This document shows, one piece after another, positions 13,371-27,767 of a stretch of 64,000 nucleotides of DNA. This stretch comes from Paraphysomonas bandaiensis (taxonomy: Eukaryota > Protista > Chrysophyceae). The DNA lies in NCBI GenBank assembly GCA_965644295.1, contig CBFFRP010000069.1, forward strand, positions 248,001-312,000, in the 5' to 3' direction. The notes under the pieces are model-generated. The model made no database searches, was not told the origin of the DNA, and worked only from the letters and a program-made list of their open reading frames with translations. Each line of letters opens with the position of its first letter. Within the stretch, counting starts at the first letter, position 1. The position numbers and the translations under genes were made by a program.

Positions 13371-16300
13371 CTATAAAACGGATTTCGTCAAGCGCCGAGG
13401 CCGACTAGAACTTTCACTAACGACAACATCAGATGCAGTTTGAGTTGTCTTGAGTCCCATTAAGCTTTCAACATTAATATCTTTAGCTCGTCTCACACTT
13501 TCACTATGTGCAGCCACATTGACGAGAGTACGACGATAATGTTCGCCGGCTCCGACAGTAGATGTTTCCTCGCTGTACTTTTCAGCCACAATAGTCTTCG
13601 GTTTTCCTAAGTGCAAAGGGGGAGCAGAAGCTGTGATGTCTTTTAATACGTCGAAAGTTTCCACTTCATCTTTCTTCTTCAATGAAATCGGGATTTTCTG
13701 TAGATCTGCACGAGTAACGATTGACTGTTTCCGTTGCTTACCAAATCCATATTGAGCAGCCATATGCCTTCGTCGCGCCATAAGTTTAGTCTGTTCAATC
13801 GTTTCTTCGTCTTGCTTCTCCACCAAGACAGACACACTTGTGCAGCCTGGTGCCCTGTCGATTCCATCCGGATACTTGTTGGATACCTGTCAAAAATATA
13901 TCACGATTCACGACGAGCGATGATACGTGCCAATAATCAAATCACCTGATGCTTCCATTCTTTCCAGAACTTTGGAGGCGGCAACGCCTCCATAGCCTCT
14001 TTCATTCCAAAGACTTTGTCATAGATTAAGGCGTTTCGTTTATGCTATAACAGCTTTAACTAACCAACAAGTAAAAGAAATGTACATTGCAACCTGTTTA
14101 TATTGTGGCTGCTGGTGCGCCTCTTTTATTGCCTTTATGGTATTCTTACGATCTCGACCAATCTATGCACATAATGTGAACTACAACACAAAAATATTAC
14201 ACGTTATCTTACATGGACGATAGAATACGGATTCGTTCCAGGTGGGTCGGCTGGGGTAAGCACTTTTAAATACATAAGGTGATTTCCACTGTCTCTGTGC
14301 CTTTGTGTTGCACTCCGTATGGGATGAGATCCCACATAACTACCGATATGAGGAATTCCAATTGTCTTACCCAATTCACTGCTTGGTTTAATGGGTGTAG
14401 ACACCACCACGGGTTTCGGGGATGCCTCCTCCTTTGCAGGTGGAGAAGCTGGGAGCGGCTTCATCGCGGTTGGAGTAAGTCCATCAAAAAAGGAAGTTCG
14501 AAAGCTCTTGACTTTCGGGGAGATATCTTCGTGTATATCATCTTCCACAATACGAGCTAAGGTGTCCACAACTAATGCTGGCCGCGCTCGCATTGTAGAC
14601 TGCTTACGAGCTGGCATCCAGTCTTCATCAAACAAGTCATCTTCGCTGTCACACGAGTCACCCATTGAAAGAGCGTAAGAATCGGTACTGTAGGCATGCA
14701 TATCTTTTGAGGCGCTGCGTGATAGAGATAAATGTGATCCTGATGGAGTCTTTGGAGATACAGCTGGACGAAAAGGATTCGCAGCTAGGGGGGATCCCTC
14801 TCTAACTCCTCTAGAAGGAAGCCGCTTCCCATATGCGCCTAGGTCAGACTGCAAGTCCTCTACCATCTTTAGTGCAATGGAGTTACGGCGAACTCTTCTG
14901 GTAGATTCCCGAATCGATTTCTCATAAGCCTCCTGATTACGGGCGTAAAAGTCTCTGTCGTCATCTTCCCCGCCCCGCACACCAAACGCCTCGAATGCTC
15001 CCTCTTCCTCTATATGGGAGCCTATACGTGTTATCATGCGGCTTCTTACAAACTCCTCGACTTCCTTCTCGTTTGCCTTGTTCAGTTTCAGACTGATAGC
15101 TTGAAGCGTCTCGTTGTCAAAGAGCACGTTAAGCATACATTCCATACCGTTCTCTTCTATTTCATTCGCATCCATGTTGAGTGCATGTAAGATTTTGTTA
15201 CATCTTAGCGCTGGGGCAATGGTAATTACTCCTTTATCTGTTATCTTATTTTTCGAAATATCCAGATACTCCAGATTCGACATATCAGAATATAAGAGTT
15301 CTCTCAGAGCCGGGCAACACTGATCAGTGAGCCGGTTATCTTTAATGTTAAGTGTGCGAAGACTACTGAGTGCGACAGCACCAAACAAAACAGCTGCACC
15401 TTTATCCCCAATGCGTTGCTGACCAAGGACAAGGCTGTGAAGACCATCTCCCGCTGGGTTACATGAGAGTACTTCAGCAAGCATTTGGGCACCGTGATCA
15501 GTTACCCGAGGGTGGGTATCGTGTTCTACACCGATTGAATATTAGTCTAATACATTAGCAGAAACACTCCTACCTGTGGTTTCCCATTTCAGCTCAGGCC
15601 ATTTATTACTTACATTAAGCTCCTTGATCCTGGAATTCTTTTTTAGCAGGTCACACAAATGATATATACCCATGTCGGATATGAAATTGCCACCAAGCCA
15701 TATCGTATGCAGTTCTGGGTGGCGTTTGACAGCTCGTGATAGCATTTTAACTCCCTCATCGGTGATAACATTGTTATGTAGCATGAGGTGTTGAAGGACT
15801 GTATTACGTGCAAGATTATCACACACAATCTTCAGGAGACTATCGTCGATATGCTCACTACTCAAGCGAAGACGCACAAGGCCACCATCGTTGCGTTTCA
15901 GACGCTTGCCTATGTCTATTATGCGGTAACGCCGTTCAGATGTGTGTGTCGGCCACACGCTTTTCAATTGCCGAGCCTGACAGAGAAAATTGTCAGACAT
16001 CTATTTAGAGGACTTGTCATACACTTACCTTTGATACATAAGGTACCTGTTGTAACATGTAGCTGTTGATCTGTTCGTCGAATGGATCTCTGTTCATTCT
16101 CAATCAAACTACTGAGACATTAAAAACACACACAGTACTTACACAAAGTCATCAGCATTTTCAACCTTTTTCTTGTATCTGGCTAAGGCATGTAGAGGAC
16201 TGCTAGTAAGAACTTCATCAACATATGAATTTAATATATCATCTGTTCCAGTTCCTCCATCACTGACTGATGATTTACTTTTACGTAATGAAGAATTCAT

Positions 16301-16597
16301 TCTACGTAATACAACATGACCACCTGCACCACTTTGTCCAATTAAATTTGCTTTCGATGAATTTTGTCGTTGTAATTTTCTTTTATTATTCTTTCCAATT
16401 GATTCATTACTACCAGTAGATTGTATATCAAATTCACTAGATGAATTTAATAATAATTTACGTCTTGATGTTAGGGGGGAACTTGATTGAGTTGATGTGA
16501 TAGAATTCATTGTATTATTGAATGATTTCTGTTGTTTAGATAATGATGATGATGGTGATGGTGTTGATGGTATTGAAGTATTATCAGATCGTTTCAT
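13371..16597 (-). CDS. Ribonuclease-inhibitor-type leucine-rich repeat protein (multi-exon)
   Basis: 28-aa RI-like repeats (LQHLMLHNNVITDEGVKMLS, LEYLDISKNKITDKGVITIA) in ORFs 15542-16000 and 14204-15484; low-complexity N- and C-terminal exons; short introns. Confidence 0.75.
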
Positions 16598-17305
16598 TAT
16601 ATATATATGTGTATATATTTAATTCATATGTATGTATGTATGTGTATGTGTATACTCATATGGATAGTAGCATATGGATATGTATGTATGTATACATACT
16701 TATGAATCACTTCTTGTGATATACTTCAGATTATAGAAGTCAATAGCAGATAGACACACTCGAAGTTAGTAGAATGGTATGTATATCTATCTATATATAT
16801 GTATGTATGTATGCGTGTATGGAGTGTTGACTATGTCTCTTAAAGAAGACGGTAATTTATATATAGAAAAAAACGTTTCAATCATATACTTCAATTTTCC
16901 TGATTTTTATATACTATACTGTATATAATGTGCTGTTTTAAGTACAATTTATGGAATTTTTATGAGTGGAAACTAGAAAGAGTGCATATATCGGTATATA
17001 TATCGTATAAAGTGTGGGATATTATGATATTGTATGTTGTTATAAAGCCATTATGGTATGCCCATTCGCAGTAAGCTCAAGTCAAATTTCATGAGTTTTT
17101 GAAAAGAAAAAAAGAAAACACCCAAATTCTATTCTATAAACCCCTCATATTTTACAAAAAACTATGTTTTAATATCATTTTTCTAGTCATCAATATAATA
17201 CCATCCATATGATATATATAGACCTCATCAACCTACTTTAACAACACAACATATCACACTAATTAATCATTCCCATTGCATTAAATATCATATATTGATT
17301 ATAAA

Positions 17306-19237
17306 ATGAGTCATATTTCTCATGGTAGTGAAGAGATATATGAAACTTTTGTTGAAGATAAATCTCCAGAAGATTATTCGGTATGTATGTATATATATAT
17401 ATGTCTATGTATGTATGTATGTGTGTGTGTTGTATATATATAGGTATGTTGCATGTGTTTGCTATATGTATGTATATGTGTGTATATGTATGTGTATATA
17501 TATATATGTATGTGGATGTTATATGTATGTATATATATATATGTATAGATGTAAGTGTGTGTGTATGTATGTATATATGATATATTTATTTAATAATCTT
17601 CTCATATGATACGTTAACGAATACATACATTACAGACTGTGAAAGTTGAAACAAAGGAATCAGTTAATATTGAGTCTACTCATATTGTTCCAAGTACAGC
17701 ATTTGAATACTTTCATGGCAAGATATATGAACATAATCAAGATCATGGTATGATTTTTCTTTGATTTTATCTTGTAGTGTGGTGTATTTTATGAATATAA
17801 TGTAGGTATGAGGCATATATATTCTCTCGCTGATTCGGTGGAACGGAGAGTGGAATCTCCTCTACAGCGATTAGCTAGGTTACGTGCGGAAGCAGAGGAC
17901 CTACGAAGCGACTTAGCTGCCATGGAAAAAGAGCAAGAAGCAAGTAAAGCAGCCCCCGAGGTATCACTTTGGAGTACTCTCCAGTCAGAGACTAAAGGGT
18001 TATTGAGTGGGCTTGAGGGATTAGCAACCAAAGCGGAACAATTACAGCAGCGCCAGATGAACAGCAAATCTGCTGCTGGCGAAGCTATTGAAGCTGCAGT
18101 CGAGAAGCTGTCTCTATCTGAGAAGTCACAGACTGGCAACGGAGTGGATTCTGACGGTGTGGTGAGTAAAGGTAGTGTGACGGACCTGGTAGCATTGGAG
18201 CGGAGGGTCGACGCCCTGGAGACGCTGTTGGGATCTGCCTCAAATGCACTGGACATGGAAGGTCGGGTTGTATATTATGCATTTAACTTGCGTAGTTGCT
18301 GGAACTGACATGTATCCTATTACATGTATTATTTGAGACTTATTCTGGTTGGATGTTTTTGCAGGCGTCTTAGGAGTGTCTGCTTCTGGTCGAACATATC
18401 CCCTTGTCGACAGTCTTGCCAAGTGAGCCCTTCTATATATCATCAGATATTTGGTTTGCTTGACGTATTATGGACACTGTTTTGCAGTTTGGAGCGACGT
18501 GTGAATATGTTGGATGAGGCGGCTATGGAGGGAATCAAAAACAAGGCTGTAGCTCTAAGATCTGAGCTAGAAGAAGTCCAGAAGGATCGAATTAGACAAG
18601 GTATGTGAACGAGAGTTTTGATTATTACCTTTGTGTGCATGCTTTGTTGTGTAGCTATCCATATATATGATTTTGCCATAGTTCTGAATATTAAATCCTA
18701 AATTAGGGGGTAGTGCTCAGCGAGTCATTGACTCCGCTCGCAAGGTCGAAGCTATATATGACCGCGTTAACCAAGTAAAATCCGTGTCGGAGGACCTACC
18801 GGCGCTGGTACTCAGGTAAACATTAGCTTACCTGTATTTTCACGACTAGATGAAACTTTTGTATTAACAATAGGCTAAAAACATTGGAGTCGATTCATCA
18901 TGAGGTACCTATTTTGAAAACCTCATTTCTGCACTCGTAATCGTATTGATCAGGCTGCCTCGTTCACTTCCCGCCTGAGTGATCTAGAAAACTCTACAGT
19001 AAACTTAGAGGCGGAGATGGATGCTAACGCCAGTGTTCTGAAGGCTCTGAAGGAGGTTCGTGTGATAATGAATCCTTGCTAGCCTTATTACTGTGTACAG
19101 AGTCTAGCGGAAAACATGGAGACAATGAAGGGAAATATTGAGCAGGTAGAAATCATGTGATGGTAGATTGTCGACGATCGAGTGTTAACGTTTTTTGACA
19201 GATTGATAGTAGAATCAACCGATTGACAGAGTCTTAA
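17306..19237 (+). CDS. DCTN2: Dynactin subunit 2 (p50/dynamitin), multi-exon
   Basis: EEIYET N-terminus, ESPLQRLARLRAEAEDL, ALERRVDALETLLG, DLPALVLRLKTLESIHHEAASF and C-terminal ENMETMKGNIEQIDSRI; TAA at 19235-19237. Confidence 0.85.
17382..17636. repeat. TATG/TA-rich microsatellite first intron of DCTN2
   Basis: gtatgt donor followed by degenerate (TATG)/(TA)/(TG) repeats. Confidence 0.8.
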
Positions 19238-19742
19238 AATTATAGGATACGTGGAGATGTTAGTGAACTTTGTCGCGTTGTTCTTAGTTTTGGCAATGAC
19301 TATACTCCAGTGACTACACGAACAGTAATAACGCGGGTTATATTGGAACGTGATTCGGATTTCCCATCCTTCTGTGCCACTATTATTGAAATATTTTTTG
19401 CAGAAAGTATACCTGTAGTATGTAGCAGCCGTAGAGTTTCTTTGAAGACTTATGTTAATATACTATGGGAAATATTATTCAACCTAGTCGCACTATTTTT
19501 GGTGGAATAACTTAGTCAAAGTTATTGATGACTCAACCTAGCCAATTTGGTACTCAACCTAGCCGTTCTTATATCCATTCATTACACACTGTGACTGTCT
19601 AAGTTACCATCTCACATCACACAAAATATTAGTGGCTTTCAGGGCATCATAAAAAGGAAAAATATTTCTTAAAACACATGTATATACACACAACATACAT
19701 AAACTTCTACAACACATTCGAATAACAACTTACAAAAATCAA

Positions 19743-20633
19743 TTACTCTAGTCTAAATGACGGCAACACGATCTCATCATAGATTAAGTTCACATCATGC
19801 GCAATATATGAGGCTGGTACACATTGACGGCGAATATAGTCCAATTTTTTGTTAACGCGATATTTGAACCACGCCATTTCGTTCTCATCAGCCAAGAATA
19901 TCTTCGGTGCTGTAAATTGAGACAAGGTTACCATGTAAAACTCATCATGGTTGTAACTGTCAGCGACACCAAACCTATTTTTACGACATACGGCAGTGAA
20001 TGTCGTTCGGAGCAGAGGTTCCATGAACAAACAGTGTGGTCGGTCCAATGATAAATTCGATGGTTTGCATGCATGATAAATACACACATAATCCAGCACC
20101 CAACCCAAAAAGAAGTCATAGCCAACAACATCAGCATCAATATTCACCCTAACTATACGTATGTCCGACTCTTGTGGAGTAAACTCAAGCGACGAGGCCG
20201 TCCCAGTGGATAACACGCACATTTCATATATACCCTCACAGCTCTGTATCAATGAACTTTGAATATTATGTAACATTTCTTTCGTACATATAAATGGAGC
20301 TATGCCTGCAACATTAAGGGGAAGTATATCTTCAGTCCACATTCCCTTCTTGAGGTTCTCATACTTTTCAATGAAGCGCAGAGGGTTTATAACCACCTGC
20401 TGATCATCAGACAATACAACTAATAGAACTTTTCTTTGTACACCAAATGAATAATGCATTAAACAAATCAGTTGACGTAATGATTTAATATTTAATCGAG
20501 TTGGAAAACAATCCACATGATAGGCTGTTTTGATACCATCCATTACTAAATCAACTGACTCTATAAACTCTCGTATAGAGTCATCAGATGCCAAATGAAG
20601 TGATTGAGCATGTTGATATGCTATTTCTGTCAT
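19743..20633 (-). CDS. Hypothetical protein, 296 aa, single exon
   Basis: Long ORF of globular composition with the AT-rich 5' end shared by other genes here; no family recognised. Confidence 0.7.
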   Translation of the reverse strand: MTEIAYQHAQSLHLASDDSIREFIESVDLVMDGIKTAYHVDCFPTRLNIKSLRQLICLMHYSFGVQRKVLLVVLSDDQQVVINPLRFIEKYENLKKGMWTEDILPLNVAGIAPFICTKEMLHNIQSSLIQSCEGIYEMCVLSTGTASSLEFTPQESDIRIVRVNIDADVVGYDFFLGWVLDYVCIYHACKPSNLSLDRPHCLFMEPLLRTTFTAVCRKNRFGVADSYNHDEFYMVTLSQFTAPKIFLADENEMAWFKYRVNKKLDYIRRQCVPASYIAHDVNLIYDEIVLPSFRLE

Positions 20634-21542
20634 GTTTGACTTAATTTAAGGTTAATTCATATTGTTATGGTGTGGTTAATAGAAGGTTCTATCATCATAT
20701 CCAGAGTAGGTCTGCATATATACTATACATGCATACATCTAACCGCCGTACTGCTGTATTGTATACAAGTACATATATATCTATATCTTCGTAGCAGTAG
20801 ATGTACAGCAGTACTCTTATATTGTCCAAGTACACTGCTGTATGTATTACTGTTTTTAGAATGGTAATATAAAATTTGTCGTATTTTAAAAAAAAGCCGA
20901 GAATATTGCTGAATTGAACCCCTAAATTTCCTGATTTATATCTTATGGCAAGAAATGTACAAATATACAACGAAAATACCAGATAATTATATTTTTGTTC
21001 ACCTTAAAATAATAATATTCCACTTTCTAGACTATAAACTACAGATTTATTTAACGTTTATTCTCTCTACATAAACGTACTTATATACACCACTAAATAT
21101 ACTGTATGTACAGCAGTACAAAGTGTACATAGAGGGGTACACTGTGTCTATATACATATATCTATACATATAGATGTATATAACTGTTCAGTCTCACTAT
21201 ATACATACATATACATACATACATATACATATATAGGTAGAATTATATATGAAAATATACGTAAGAAGCATATCTCAACATCCAACTCATTCATTACCAC
21301 AATACTTGATTAGATTACCACAATTATCATCATTCTACCCAATGAATGTACAATCTATACATACAAGTCAATAGATAACCCTGAATATGTAATCCTTATC
21401 ATATAATTCAACTGATAGATATATGTATACATGTATGTATGTATATGTATGTATATGTATGTATAGTTCATAAACAAACCAAACTATGAACTAAAAATAT
21501 GAAATAATTCAATACATATATATACATATTAATATTAATAAC

Positions 21543-24500
21543 ATGAAATCATCTGTAATGACGAAGAAGACCACCACCACCACCTCCTCTTCCTCTTCAT
21601 CACTCCAGTTTAATGGAAAGAATGAAACAAATATTGGATTAGATTTTAATAATCTTGCTAAAGAAGTGGGATATATAAGAGCTCGACAAATGTTTAAACA
21701 ACAAGCTGTTAGAGTACATCAACAAAAGATTAATGGATCAGATAAGAAAACTTTAGCAGCATTACGACCGGAACGATTAAAGGCCACGATTGAACTGTCA
21801 ATGACATATGGTTCACCATCTATTGAAAATGAGATTGTATGTATATTAAAAAATATATATATAAGTACTCATGTATTATTACTATAGGATAAAATGATGG
21901 AATGTGCTCAACGCCCTGGTGCTGTGATTGATAAGGCTGGAAAGACGGCGGAAGAAATTAAGCAAATTAATCGTGAATTCGATGGAGATCTTAGTGTGCG
22001 CCGTTCGCTCATGAACGAGGAACTAATAATATCACAAATGGATATGGACCATTTTCCAGTCGGTATGGGTGATACAATATGTCTCCAGGTATGGTGTGTA
22101 TGCCTAGTATGTCATTTTAACTTTTATTCACAGTTGTCCCATATGAAAAGACTTGAGTGTGCAAGGAATAAATTCACTGGCCTTTTGACCGAAAAGCTTC
22201 CTCAGGTATTGATTCTACCTTCTTTAATACTTTATAGCCGTGATTTAACGCATGTAATGTAGATTTCGGCGTACAATATCCGGTATATAGAGGTAATGTT
22301 TTCTGCTACGGTTGATGTTCACAGTGTGATATTTTGATTTAGTCGTTGAACCTCGGTGATAACCAGCTAGTACGTCTTTGTCCTGATGTTGGCATGATGA
22401 CAAACTTGCGAGTCATTAACTTGGCTAACAACAACCTTCGGAACCTTCCAAGTGCCCTTTGTCAACTCCAAAAGCTGGAGGTGAGTATCGTCAATTCGGC
22501 ATGTGCACTCTAATTTGTCTCCTTACTTGCAGAGATTAAACCTTGCAAATAACAACCTGGCTTTACTATCTGATGACTTTGGCGACTTAAAGGTTTTGGA
22601 GGAACTTAATCTGGCTGGCAATCAAATATTTCAACTTCCTGTCTGTTTTACAAAGCTTAAAACGCTGAAACGGCTAGATGTCAGTCAGAATTGCTTGGTG
22701 CATTTGGCCATGCTCCCGCGACACATGACGGTAAGAGAACAGCGATATATCTACGTGTTTTGTATATATGCACGTAACTTGCGTAATGAAGTTACGTATA
22801 TTCTTGTCTCAGCATTCTTGTATTGCAGACTGAGGAAATGTGGCACAAAACACAAGATGAATTCACGGCAAAGATTATTTATGTTAACATACTTACTAAG
22901 GAGCGGTGTAGTAATTATAAAAAGTGCGTATGTATTATTTCGACTGTGTTTTATTTTCTAGTAATATGGGAATGGTGTTTGTTCAACTTTCTAGGTATAG
23001 TGGCGAAGGGATTGCAAGACTAAAAGCACTTCATATGTATCAGCCGATAGGAAGTTTGGACTATAAGAAACGTCGTATATGGCTCTCCATCTGCCAGGTG
23101 CGTTGCTTTAGCTGCAATAGCATACGCATACTAACCGGTATCTATTGTTCAGACATATGAATGGGAACCAGTCCTTGATGAGGAATCGGGCTCTCTCTAC
23201 TATAGGAACAATGTCTCCGGGGACACCCAGTGGGAAATGCCGGAGTGTCTGGATCTCTTGGTATACAGAAGAATTAATTCAGTTTTTTCTTTAATATTTT
23301 GCTGCATGTACACAGGGAAATATGGAAGCCCTGGAGTATCTTAACGTGTCGGATAATACACTGAAAAGCTGTGCTCAAAGTTTGTCAAATATCGTTACCC
23401 TCCGAGAGTTTCACTGTGACAATAATCGCTTACATGCCCTTCCTGAGGATATTGGACGGTTGACCTCACTGGAAGTGCTAAGCATGAAATCAAATGAACT
23501 CGATGGCATACCAGCTTCAATTGTTGATTGTCAAGCTCTTAAGCGGCTCGTGCTCAAGGACAATCACATCCGCAGACTCCCACCTGAGTTAGGTACCTTG
23601 AAGTGTCTCGAAAAGCTGGTAGTCTCTGCGAATTGCATGAAAACTCTACCATTTTCTCTTGGGTTCTGTAAGTCGCTAGTGGAAATATTGGTGAGTGCAA
23701 ATTTACCCTTTTGGAAAACGCTATATAATATGATTCGGTGCAGTGTGTCGATAACCCCTTGGAAGACCCTCCGTATATTGAAACTATAAAGGGAATGGAT
23801 ACATTAATGTGGTATCTACGTCAAAGGTTTGCTCATACGGTTATGTTGAAGTATTTTCTCTGATCGCGATGGTATGTGATATGTAGGTATCATATTGAAA
23901 AACACGGTATGCCCCCACCGATGAGGTACCAGACCCTGGGACTCAATGAGGAGGTAGTCGAGTTATATCCAGAGTTCAAACAGCGCGTTCGTTCTGCAAT
24001 TGAATGGTGTCAAAACTCCCATGAAATGAATCTACAGCTTATGGGTCTTCGTGATATCCCTCGTGAAATTTTAAAGATTGGAGGGATTAAGGAATTGCGT
24101 CTAGATCAAAACCACAACCTCAAATTGCCTAATGGCTTCCCATCAGAATTGAAGACCGTGACGCTTCTATCTATGAGAAATTGTGCCTTGGTGGATATTC
24201 CATTAAATATCAGTGTCCTAATGAAGCTTAAAACGATTGACTTTCAAGAAAACAGCCTCACTTCAATTCCTCACACGATATCACGTCTTAAACGGCTGAC
24301 TAAGTTGGATGTATCGAAAAATCGCCTTTATGAACTGATGAAGGGTCTCGGAGCACTAGAACATCTATCATTTCTTGATGTTGATAGCAACTGTATATCG
24401 CAACTACCATCTGACTTGACTTCATGTAAATCTTTGAGCACGCTAAACTGTGCAAGAAATAGAATAATGTGTCTTCCATCGGAATACTGCACATGTTTTC

Positions 24501-27337
24501 AGCGCCTTCGACGACTGAATATTGAAGGAAACAGGCTTCGCAGTCTACCTGCAGAAATAAAGGATATGAAACTTGAAGTCCTTCGTTGTGGATATAATTA
24601 TATCGAGTGGTTACCTGAAGATATGTTTGAAGGGAGTCTAGGCCAAACCATAAAGCTGTTCTCCATTCCTGAGAACAATCTTCTTGAACTTCCTATAAGC
24701 GTGAAGGCGGTGTTAGATCAGAACCTCCAACTACAGGCCGAATTCAATCCCTTAGTGTCCCCACCATTGTGTGTCCTGGCGGAAGGATTCAAGGTATATC
24801 CGTTGATGAAGTGAAGTAAAACGTTTTTTAATGGGACCATGCAGATTGTACAGGCATATATGAGGGTTCGGGCGGCTAGACTCGTAGAATTAGATAAGCT
24901 ACTACTTGGGGAAGACTTTCTTTTTGTGAAGGAGTATGCAACTCCATTAGCTACTGAAGTATAATGATTGTGACTCGGTCGACGTTGCACTGACGTTTTG
25001 TCCAGGTGTTGGAAGATGGTACCGGGTTCTTGACACCTTTTGACCTGATGGAATTCGATGCTGCAGTGGACGAATATCTCAATGGTAACGGATATGCACT
25101 TTGGTGTCAGTTTCTAATATGAGTTTAGGGGAATTGTATTTGTGTCCAGCCAGTGGGCGTGAAATTGTTAGTGCGTTAGTAAAACTAAGGTACTGTGATC
25201 GATATTGAGTTTGCTTTCTCTTCATTAATATTTACGTAGAGATGCACGTGAGAGTGAGCTATACCTGGAGGTATTGAATGCTACACACAAGGTAGTCAGC
25301 TTGACAGATATCATGTAATTGGAAAATGATATTTTATTTAGGCGATTGAGATGTGCATCAATGACGAAAACTATAATTATCTTTATGGCCCTGCAGTCAT
25401 TACCAGCGCGAAACGTAAGTGCATACATGCTGTGGTTGCGAAATTTGTTTAGCAAAGTGTTGATGCCGTAGGGCCATGGGGACGGAAAGGTGAAATGTGT
25501 GGATGCTATGTGGTCTCACTGCACGCTCTGCTTCGAGATACCCCTCCCAATAAGACCTACCAGCCTGTCAGTGATATAAGCTGACTTGATACAGCAGCAT
25601 AACATTGTTTCTTAGGATGGTCGTGCAGCAATGATAAAGCTTATTGCGGATTGTATGCCCCACACGACGTTTCCGTTCACTGTAGGTGGGTCGGTTGTGT
25701 TTCGCTCTGATGACCTAGTATAATGCCGACGCCTATACAGAGTTGTTAAAGGATAGCTTGAGACTTTACCTTAGTCCATACGGACAGGTATATTGATTGA
25801 CTTACCTACCCATTGTTATGTTTGTTTGTTAGGTTGCCGACACGGAGGTGATGACATTCTCCGGGTGCGATTGCATAGACGAGAGGAGACGTAAACCACT
25901 GTACCACGACCCGTGTGAAAAGGTATTCATTTAAACGCTCTATCTGTGAATAATAGTTGTTTGTAAACAGCCGGCAGTTGTGCTAATGAAGCTTATTTAT
26001 ACTGACGATGAAGCTCGACGACGAGATGACGAAGAGTATTTATTTAATAGCAAGTTCGAAGAAATAGAGAACGAGGTACGACTAGTAATGAATATATATT
26101 ATAATTATCTGATGTGGTATTGTTGCATATAGATCCGGCTATGGATGAGCACGTCTGAAGGGTACAAACTTCTGAATAAGCAGATTGCGTCTAAAAAGGT
26201 GATTGACGTATATTTTGTACATGCAATGATCTTATACCGATATATTTAGGCGTCTGTTGTGGAAGACATTGAGCTAAGGGAGGAAATGAGAAAAATGTAC
26301 GTATTATCTATTGCAATTGTGTTTACTTGCAGCAGATAACATTAATCGCAGAGAAATGTACAAGGAAAGGCAGGCGATTAGTGGATTAGATAAAGTGAAC
26401 GTCAGAATTAAGCAGTTCGAGCAGGTGTAAAACCTTTCCTGTAGTTTCATCATATTTTACAGCTGTATTGACAGGGGTTGGATTTCGATATTCATCATAT
26501 TCTTTCCCACGAGGATGCCCAAAAGTTGAAAGTCGAGGCAGAGAAGCGATTGGCGAAACAGAAAAAACGAGTGGAGGTGTATTACTGCTTTTCGTTTTTT
26601 ATCGTATGAGGGTGATACACATGCAGGCTGTGGAGAATTCGTTGGATCGGTTAGAGGAACTGCGGTCGATGGACAGACGGCAAGTGTTTTGCTATATTAT
26701 GTAATGTTTTTCTAACTTTACCGCCGAAACAGCGGTTTACGACGCATGCTTACTCAAGACCTCATCAAGAAATACTGTCATTTGGTATACATATCGTTCC
26801 TAGTCTACATATCGTTACTAATCTACCTAGTATTATGCCGAAAAAATCAAGGAACTTCGGAAAGAAGCTATACGTAAGAACTGGAGACGACCCTGGGATG
26901 GAGAGGTAGTGTGGAGGATAAAGTGGTAAAATGTCTAACATTCAAGACAGGATGGTGCGGAATTTGAGAGGGTGAGAAATCGATTGCTCGCTTCTGCGTT
27001 AGCATCTGGAACGGAAGACATCGATGTGGATGTAAGCCATACACATGCCAAATCGACGTATGTTGTTGACACAATTTTTTCGTAGGCTCTTGTGGAGGAC
27101 GAAAATAATGTGAAACCAAATGAGATGAAAGAGGATGGTGAAGCGGAAGAAGATGAGTACAAACCAGGCAAGAGATTGTTCTTTATGTCTACCGTCGAAG
27201 TTAACGTGCAATGAATTGTAGAATTTGATTGGAACGATACGGAAGATATGACGAAATATGACTCTGCAATGTTCGATCGATATTTAAAGGAGCATAGTGG
27301 TCTGATGGGTACTATTAGAAATTTAGTTTCGAGATAG
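21543..27337 (+). CDS. Large leucine-rich repeat protein with inserted WW domain(s) and C-terminal coiled coil (~30 exons)
   Basis: 23-aa LRRs (LEVLSMKSNELDGIPASI etc.); WW motif WEPVLDEESGSLYYRNNVSGDTQWEMP (~23160-23245); last exon EFDWNDTEDM...LVSR with TAG at 27335-27337. Confidence 0.8.
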
Positions 27338-27767
27338 CTTACTGTGCACTCCATCCTCCAGTAAAATTCCGCTACATACCAGTACGTTAGCATTTGTAAA
27401 ATACATCACTCTGTGTGTTCTCATCCACTTGACGTAATAATAGTTTTGTGTACATATCACAAGTGTTCACCTGAGCTCTTGTTTAGGTATAAACAATAAC
27501 TACCACGAGTTTTATTTATAGTGGTCCACATATTTATAAAATAAGAAATATATTTATACATTACACACGCTCCATTATATTTAGATCTACTAATAATGAC
27601 GCAGTCTCAAGTGCATGTAATTATCAGTAATTGATACGCAGCCTTGGTAATTATACAATGTACTCTCAGTGGCTATATATTCCTAGCAATTAAATGGCAT
27701 GGTTTACTACTATATTCCACTCGCTCCTAAAAATCCAGCCACCGTACAAAACAACTCAAACCGTGGT

